From assembly GCA_973895155.1 (NCBI GenBank), contig OZ316895.1, positions 4,389,659-4,453,658 on the forward strand: DNA of 64,000 nt, in the 5' to 3' direction. Below, one piece after another: positions 57,739 to 64,000 of this stretch (positions are counted from its first letter, which is position 1; each line of letters opens with the position of its first letter). The DNA is from Marsupella aquatica (lineage: Eukaryota; Plantae; Marchantiophyta). The notes under the pieces were generated by a model that was not told the DNA's origin, did no database searches, and saw nothing but the letters and a program-made list of their open reading frames with translations. The position numbers were made by a program, and so were the translations under genes.

Positions 57739-60732
57739 TCATCCATTAGAGCTTGCCTGATTGTCAACGCATGACCCAGACTCCCTAGATACCACCAACG
57801 CTTGACGACCTTCCAAATTTATAAGAGAGTGCGCCAAGCCAAGCTTAGATGCCGTTACTTTCACCAACTTCCTATCTTCCTCACTCAACCATGGTGAGAG
57901 TGTCAGACATGCTTGGTCTATTTGGTCTTTGCCGCAGGGTTCGAGGAAAGTCACAGAAGTATCTCCTTTCCTCAACTCGTTGACGCTAGAAATCTCTCGT
58001 CTGTCCATCGCATGTTTGGCAAACTCCGCCAAGATTTTGTCCATAGCTGAGCTCCAGATAGGCGTTGCAATCTTCAAAAACTCATGCACAGCCAAATGAG
58101 GAAGTGCAACACCTCCAAGGTCCGTCTCGTCAAAGGTACCCCTTGCATGGTAATCAGATCCCCCCAACTTCACAAGTCCGTATGCATCCGCAAGTGGACC
58201 CATTGCTGTAGCAGAACTGCCAGCAGTTAGGGATGGCCATTGTCTGAATATTTTGCACTTTAATAAAAAATTCGTCAAAAGAAATTTTCTAGAATGCCTT
58301 TAATGAAGCGATGAGCTTAGGTTTCCAGCCATGGCCATAAAGCAAAGAAACCCACCCGAGCATTTGCCGTCACTTCTGTAGACTTCCATAGCGTGCAATC
58401 CTACAGATTGTAGGCGTTCTATCAAAGGTACAGGGTTCTTCAAGACCCATGGGTGTGCCAAGACTGAGATTCCCCCAGTTTCCTCTATCAGACTGACAAC
58501 TTCTTCAACAGGAAGCTCTGCACCTCTGGTATTGGTGAGGAAACAAGTTAGCATTGAGTTGTGGGAGAGGTCTCTAGGCTCTTCTTTATGCTCAAAGAGA
58601 TTACAGCGAAGTGACGCACAAATCAAGGATACATCTCACGACACAACGGCCATCTAGACTGTACGAGCTTAGCAAAGAATCAAACCTTGCATATGCAGGA
58701 CCATCATTGTGAAGATATTTTTTGAAGGCCTCTCCAAAATCCTCTACATGACCTGCCTCAACTAATGCCTGAGCCAGATGTGGCCTTGCTGGTGCCACCC
58801 CTTCACCTGCTATGCGTAGAACATGCTCAAATGTGATAGGTTTGTGCAGCAACAGAAGCTTTTTCACCATCTCTTGGGCTCGTTGGTAGCGACCCTCCCG
58901 CACTTGAGCTAACCGTTCCTCCAGCAGTGCACAATTTGATGGACCACAACATCCATAATACGCCAAAATATGCACAGGTTCTTCCATTGTACTTTCTCCA
59001 ATATCAGGTGATCTGCAAAGACGAACCACATCTTCACACTAAATGTGTGTCTGACAACAATGGCGGCCCTGGCTGCCTGTGTACGTGGTGATAAGTTTTC
59101 ATGGACTCCTAACCACTAATACAGTCGCTCAAAGTCCTATGATTTTATGATGCCCTCTATTCCTGTTCACGTCGTTTAAACGCTTTAACCGGTTACAATT
59201 GCAGCTAGCAATTTGTCTGCTAAGTTCCAAAATTTCACCTGAAACAGAATGCATAAAATTCTACTCTGTAAAGAGCGAACTATCTTAGACTAACCTTGCC
59301 TAGCTATACATGCTCACAGTGCAGCTTGCTTGGAACGATTCGATTCATTGATACAATTCTTTGCCCACTCAAATGTTCTCGAGCCAACTGAACTGGTACC
59401 ATTAGACTTCATTTGCTCTTCACCTGACGCTATATCGCGTTCCAATCGATATGAACAAAGCAATTATGCCGTCATTGCAAAACTCCCTCTAGACAAGTCA
59501 ACAGTTTGCAACCAAAGAAGTCTCTCCATCTGAGTTGTCGCAGGGTCTTGTAAGGGAAAATACAAATTCCTCACGAACCTTGTTACGTATTTTGCACTGA
59601 TTTCAATGCCCGGTATCACTCGAATCCCATATTGTCGAGCAGCTTGCAGTGCAGCTGGCACACCCGCCATCGTATCATGGTCGGTCAGAGCTAAAACCCT
59701 CACCTGCTCCAAAATAGCAGCAACAGCATTTTTTCTCATCAACTACGCATAAGAAACCAACAATAGGCTACCCACATTTTGGAGCACTTTAAAATCGTCC
59801 TGACACCATTTACCCGAGAATGTTTTTCAAGGGCTGCGTGAGAAAAACTTGTGTGGCTAATCCACATTTCAACTTTTTCCGACAAACATTAAATCTTCCT
59901 CGAAATACGAACAGCCTACATCTTCAAGACGAACTCATCAATGACAAATTCTAGCTGCACTTCCGCCTAAAATCAGGTAGGAGGTTGGGAATCGTTTTGC
60001 TTCAACCATGACTAACGAATTGCCTACCACAGCTGCCGGCTGGTATTCCCCAGCATCTCAAGCAACTGCAGGAAAGACCTCATCATCTGAGGCATTCCAT
60101 TCCCAAAGAATTGTCCCCTCCAACTGCAACAAGCTGACTACTGCGGAAGACTAGGGAGGCCATCTGCTGCGTCGCTTATGGCAATTGAGGGAGAGACATT
60201 AACCAATAATTGAAGTACGACGACGATGAGCGAAAAGAGGGCCGCAAACCAATGCAGCACCTCATCGATGAACCTCCGAACAAGGGTGCTAATCATTGTA
60301 ATGGGGAGCAATTAATCTATAGGACAAAAACCCTATTTCTAACAGATTTCGACAAGAAAACATGAATTATGTATCTCACTCATACAACCAGTTATGTCTG
60401 GAAGAATTCATGAAGCAAATCAGGGAAATAATGGTCAATCGAAGGGAAGGAAGGAGGAAAGCAAGCCAGATACGCACCCCATTTCGATGCGCCCGAGCCA
60501 CGAGAAGCTCAGGAGAGAGGAGGCCATCGCTGAACGTGCTGTGAGAATGCAAATCAAACAACCCTGGAGAGAGACGCTCCACCCCCGCCCACTGCAGCAC
60601 TACCTCCTCAGCCACAGCTGCCCTATCCTTTTGCGATTTCCTCCTCTTCTTCTTTCCTCCATCACTCGCCTTCTGCTGCAGCTTCTTCTTCTTCTTAAGC
60701 TGCTGCTGCTTGCCTCCACCTCCGCCTCCCAT
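57739..60732 (-). CDS. PHP-domain metal-dependent phosphoesterase (TrpH/YciV-like), 5 exons
   Basis: Approximate exons: 60732-60478, 59703-59579, 59012-58686, 58525-58356, 58205-57739. PHP motifs: FDLHSHSTFSDGLLSP, LALTDHDTMAG, IPGIEIS, VHILAY, ARPHLAQALV, VLAHPW, GGSDYH. The N-terminus is Lys-rich and NLS-like. Confidence 0.93.
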
Positions 60733-62131
60733 GATTTCATCCACTTCATATCATGCACCTTCAAAGCCGGTAATTCCTTCCTTCACTGCAAAGAGAGGTC
60801 GAAGAAACTTCATCGCTGCACACTGCAAATGGTGTTTTGCTATAGCTCGAATGACCTGATAGCCCTCATCAATGTCTCATGTGTCAAAGACCTCAAATAG
60901 GGGGTCTGAAAGCTGGCAATTTGATGTACCTTCATCCCTAATTATGGGCACAATTATGGGCACAAAAAGGGATTTCATAGTTCACAATTTGATGTACCTT
61001 ATCTCACTATTTATTGACACTAAAATTTATGGAGTACAGAATTCATAGACCATAACTTTTCGCCATAAGAATGTGTCTTATACCATAACCATTAGTCACT
61101 GTGAAGGGTCTTATGCCATAACCATTAATCAGTCTGAAGACTGGTGAAAGACAAAACTCTTTTTGCCGTAAAGATAGTTTTTATACCATAAGCATTAGTC
61201 GCTGTAGAGGCTGGTGAAAGAAACAACTTTTACAGAGTATTGTGAAAACAATATGACCTATTCTTTATGGCCCAATGCTGTTTTTCAATAGAAATTGGGC
61301 TATATTGTGGTTGTTTAAGTATCTCAGTTGATGTAGCCCCACTATTTAATAAATACTGAGTAGCAGCATCAAGATCTGAACCAAATTGAGCAAAAGTGTC
61401 TACTTCACTATTTTGTGCCCATTCTGATTTGAGGCTACCACATACTTGTTTCATGGCTTTAACTGAGCTGCAGAACCAACATATCCATAATTTCCAATCT
61501 TTGAGACTCCCTACTTTGAGACTCCCTACTAGTGAAAATACCTTCTCTATACTTTGAATGAGTCATTTCTACTATAGTGAATCACTACATGCAGGTTTCC
61601 CAGCAAATTGCATATAAAACAATATGACAATATGGCTCTATGTACTCTGAATAAGTCATTTTTACCATAATCCCGACCATAATGAACCACTAGGTTTCCT
61701 GACAATATAAATATAAGGTGTACAATATCACTCTGTACACTGATAAACTTAATTATTCTGTTTAAATCACTAAGTATATACTACATATTATCATATTTTC
61801 TGTGCAATTACCAGGATGCTATGTACAGTACGGTCGATAAGTTGCAAAAACTTAATATGTTTATCTTTCAAATTATATCCTGATCCCATAGTTATGAATT
61901 TGAAACCCCATGGACCACAAGTTTGGTCTTGAAATCCCAGGGACCACATTATTGCCAGAATTTCAGTTAAATTGTGCCAACTTGATATTCACATATTAAA
62001 ATATGTTTTAAATTGTGGATATGCTAGAGGGGATGCTAGAGAAGCAGGTAAGCTACACTTCCATCAAAGTGACAGTGAATGACCGTTTCATCATACAATG
62101 GGGAGGGTAAATTGCATTATTTAGCTAAATT

Positions 62132-63360
62132 TGTTGAGGAATGATGCGGGAAATGATAATGAGATTCCTCTCTATAGAATGAATGGGTGCATCTCTATAT
62201 ATAGTCTCCGTCCGAGTTATCCTATACGGTAACTATGGTTAAGGTAACCATGGAGTCTAGTTAGGGTATAACACTCCCCCTTGGCTATATAGTGATAACT
62301 ATGTAGACAAAAAGTCTTCTAACTAGATTATCATGCTTATAAACATGGCATGATTTGAGTACAAATGAGGAAGGTACTGCCTCGTTAAAACCTTTAACAG
62401 CTCTAAAAAACTCTATGAGGGTAACAGAGAAAAATAAAATATCTCGGCTCTAAAGGAAAAAGAGTACAGCCCTGTCGGTCCTCAAGTGAATCCGGTGGTA
62501 TGTGGAGTTAACAGTAACAACTCCACTCCGTCAAAATGAACAAGTTGTCATTCGCTCAACGACTCAACAACAACGCGACATGTCTCCAAATCGCTCACCA
62601 TCGCGCATACATCCGCACATACATCCTCGCATCGAACACAAATTAAAACATATATGAAAAAAATGATTAGTAATTAAGTTATTATCATAAAATCACTTGT
62701 CCGTGGCTCATCTGCGCAAAGTGTAAAGTATAATAATAAATAATGTCATCTCGTGCAACTGAGTGCGTAAAGTATGGGATGTAAAAAGTCCGAAAAATAT
62801 GATCTCCCCCTCAAAACAAGGTTTCGAGGAATATATTATTCTCGTAAAACTCAAATATCGAAACTCTCCCTTAGAGTTCAAGGACTCCTAATTAGATTCT
62901 TAAATAGAGGGTTCTTGTGCAAAATGCACAATTCGCAAGCGTGTGTAGTCGACACACAAAGAAATCTCTCAATCTTAGATTTCAAAAACATGTAGTATCA
63001 AATAGTTTTTATATGAAAAATAATCTGCAGCACCAAAGGTGTGCATTCACAACACCAGCGGGTGTGTGTATAATATGGCACGTCTGCCCTGCACGTCTGC
63101 AGTTCTCATATTTTGACAAAAAGTGTTAAGTCAATATAACTTCACAAATAACCCTGTGGAATCCAAACATTCAGTCGAACGTCCATGTGTGTCATAGCAC
63201 AGAAAAATGCTAGCTCAAAATGATTCGCTATCTTGCGGAGGTAAAGTGATATTCATAAACGTCAAACAACTCCGCATAAAAATAGTTTAGAGCTAGTGAT
63301 AGTCAAAAGATCCCATTTAATGACCAAGTACCAAAATGTACTCGTAGTGGGTAAATCAAG
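62132..63360 (-). mobile_element. Decayed Ty1/copia (Bianca-like) retrotransposon 3' end
   Basis: An LTR-like segment 62132-62273 (TGTTG...TAACA) abuts a PPT (CTCCCCCTTG on +). It is followed by the motif GCCTCGTTAAAACCTT...GGAAAAAGAGTACA and a second CTCCCCCTCAA at ~62804, both as recalled for Bianca-lineage 3' regions. A heavily degraded RT-like residue lies at ~63000-63330. Confidence 0.6.
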
Positions 63361-63809
63361 TGTGATTGGGGTTTGAGAAAATAAACTTTCTCCCCCTAAA
63401 TATGCATTTTATGCATATATTATAGTTGGAAGCTAGAAGTAAGTTAGACAGGACAAAGTTATGGGGTTTGCCCATATTAACCCCTCATTACTCATTCTGA
63501 TTTGAGTTTACTTTGGGTTTCTAAATATTCGAAGTTAAACCCCTAAAGGGTTATTGATTATCCGCTTTTGGATATGGCCGGAAACTAAGGTTATGGAACT
63601 AACCTGAAGTACTGTACCTTAGATTATTCTGGATCTTTTGTGAGAAACATATCTGCCATCGATCACTGGATCTCAGAAAATCTATACCTTACCAAAATAC
63701 CTCAAAAACTAGGTCATAGAGCATGGTTAAAGGTATGGTATTAGTTCCATACTTAAAAACTATCATCCCACCGAACAATGGCTATAAAAGCTCTTGTTGG
63801 GGTTGTTTA

Positions 63810-63990
63810 TGGTGTAAAGACCATGAGGATAAGACCCTTAAGTAAGATATTGTCCTAATGTAGGGTGTAAATGGGTGTAAACCCATGTCAATTGGTGTAA
63901 AAGTTGTAAATGGTCAATTTACACACAAAAAGTGTATGGACCAAAGTTTACTCCCCCTGATGGTGTAAATTGGTGTAAACCAGTGTAAAT
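63810..63990. repeat. Cluster of TGGTGTAAA motifs (probable subterminal repeats of a DNA transposon running off the window)
   Basis: About 8 copies of (G)GTGTAAA between 63810 and 63990. Confidence 0.5.
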
Positions 63991-64000
63991 GCTATAAGCA

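Noticed and set aside
60394-60900. 168-aa plus-strand ORF
   Set aside because: Antisense to exon 1 of the PHP gene. The Leu run simply mirrors its Lys/Gln codons.

Overview
This is eukaryotic, intron-rich land-plant nuclear DNA. It is probably a bryophyte and possibly a liverwort, inferred from gene structure and from a SERAC1-like alpha/beta-hydrolase relic of the kind expanded in liverworts. Eight apparently intact genes can be read: a GT8 glycosyltransferase of the IPUT1/PGSIP6 type (+), RIO2 kinase (-), MBS1-type zinc finger (-), RPL26 (+), ATAD3 AAA+ ATPase (-), a class A1-like heat shock factor (+), TRM8/METTL1 tRNA m7G methyltransferase (+) and a PHP-domain phosphoesterase (-). There is also a disrupted hydrolase-like gene and an unidentified gene fragment. 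Intergenic and intronic DNA holds a non-autonomous Mutator-like element with a 10-bp TSD, a solo LTR with a 5-bp TSD, a decayed Bianca-like copia, a MITE, two tRNA-derived SINEs and several tandem arrays. The most unusual object is a ~380-bp miniature LTR element (51050-51432) with PBS and PPT in which each LTR carries a tRNA-like Pol III cassette, a tRNA-based analogue of the 5S-bearing Cassandra TRIMs. All exon boundaries were read by eye from GT-AG signals and protein continuity, and no database searches were run.
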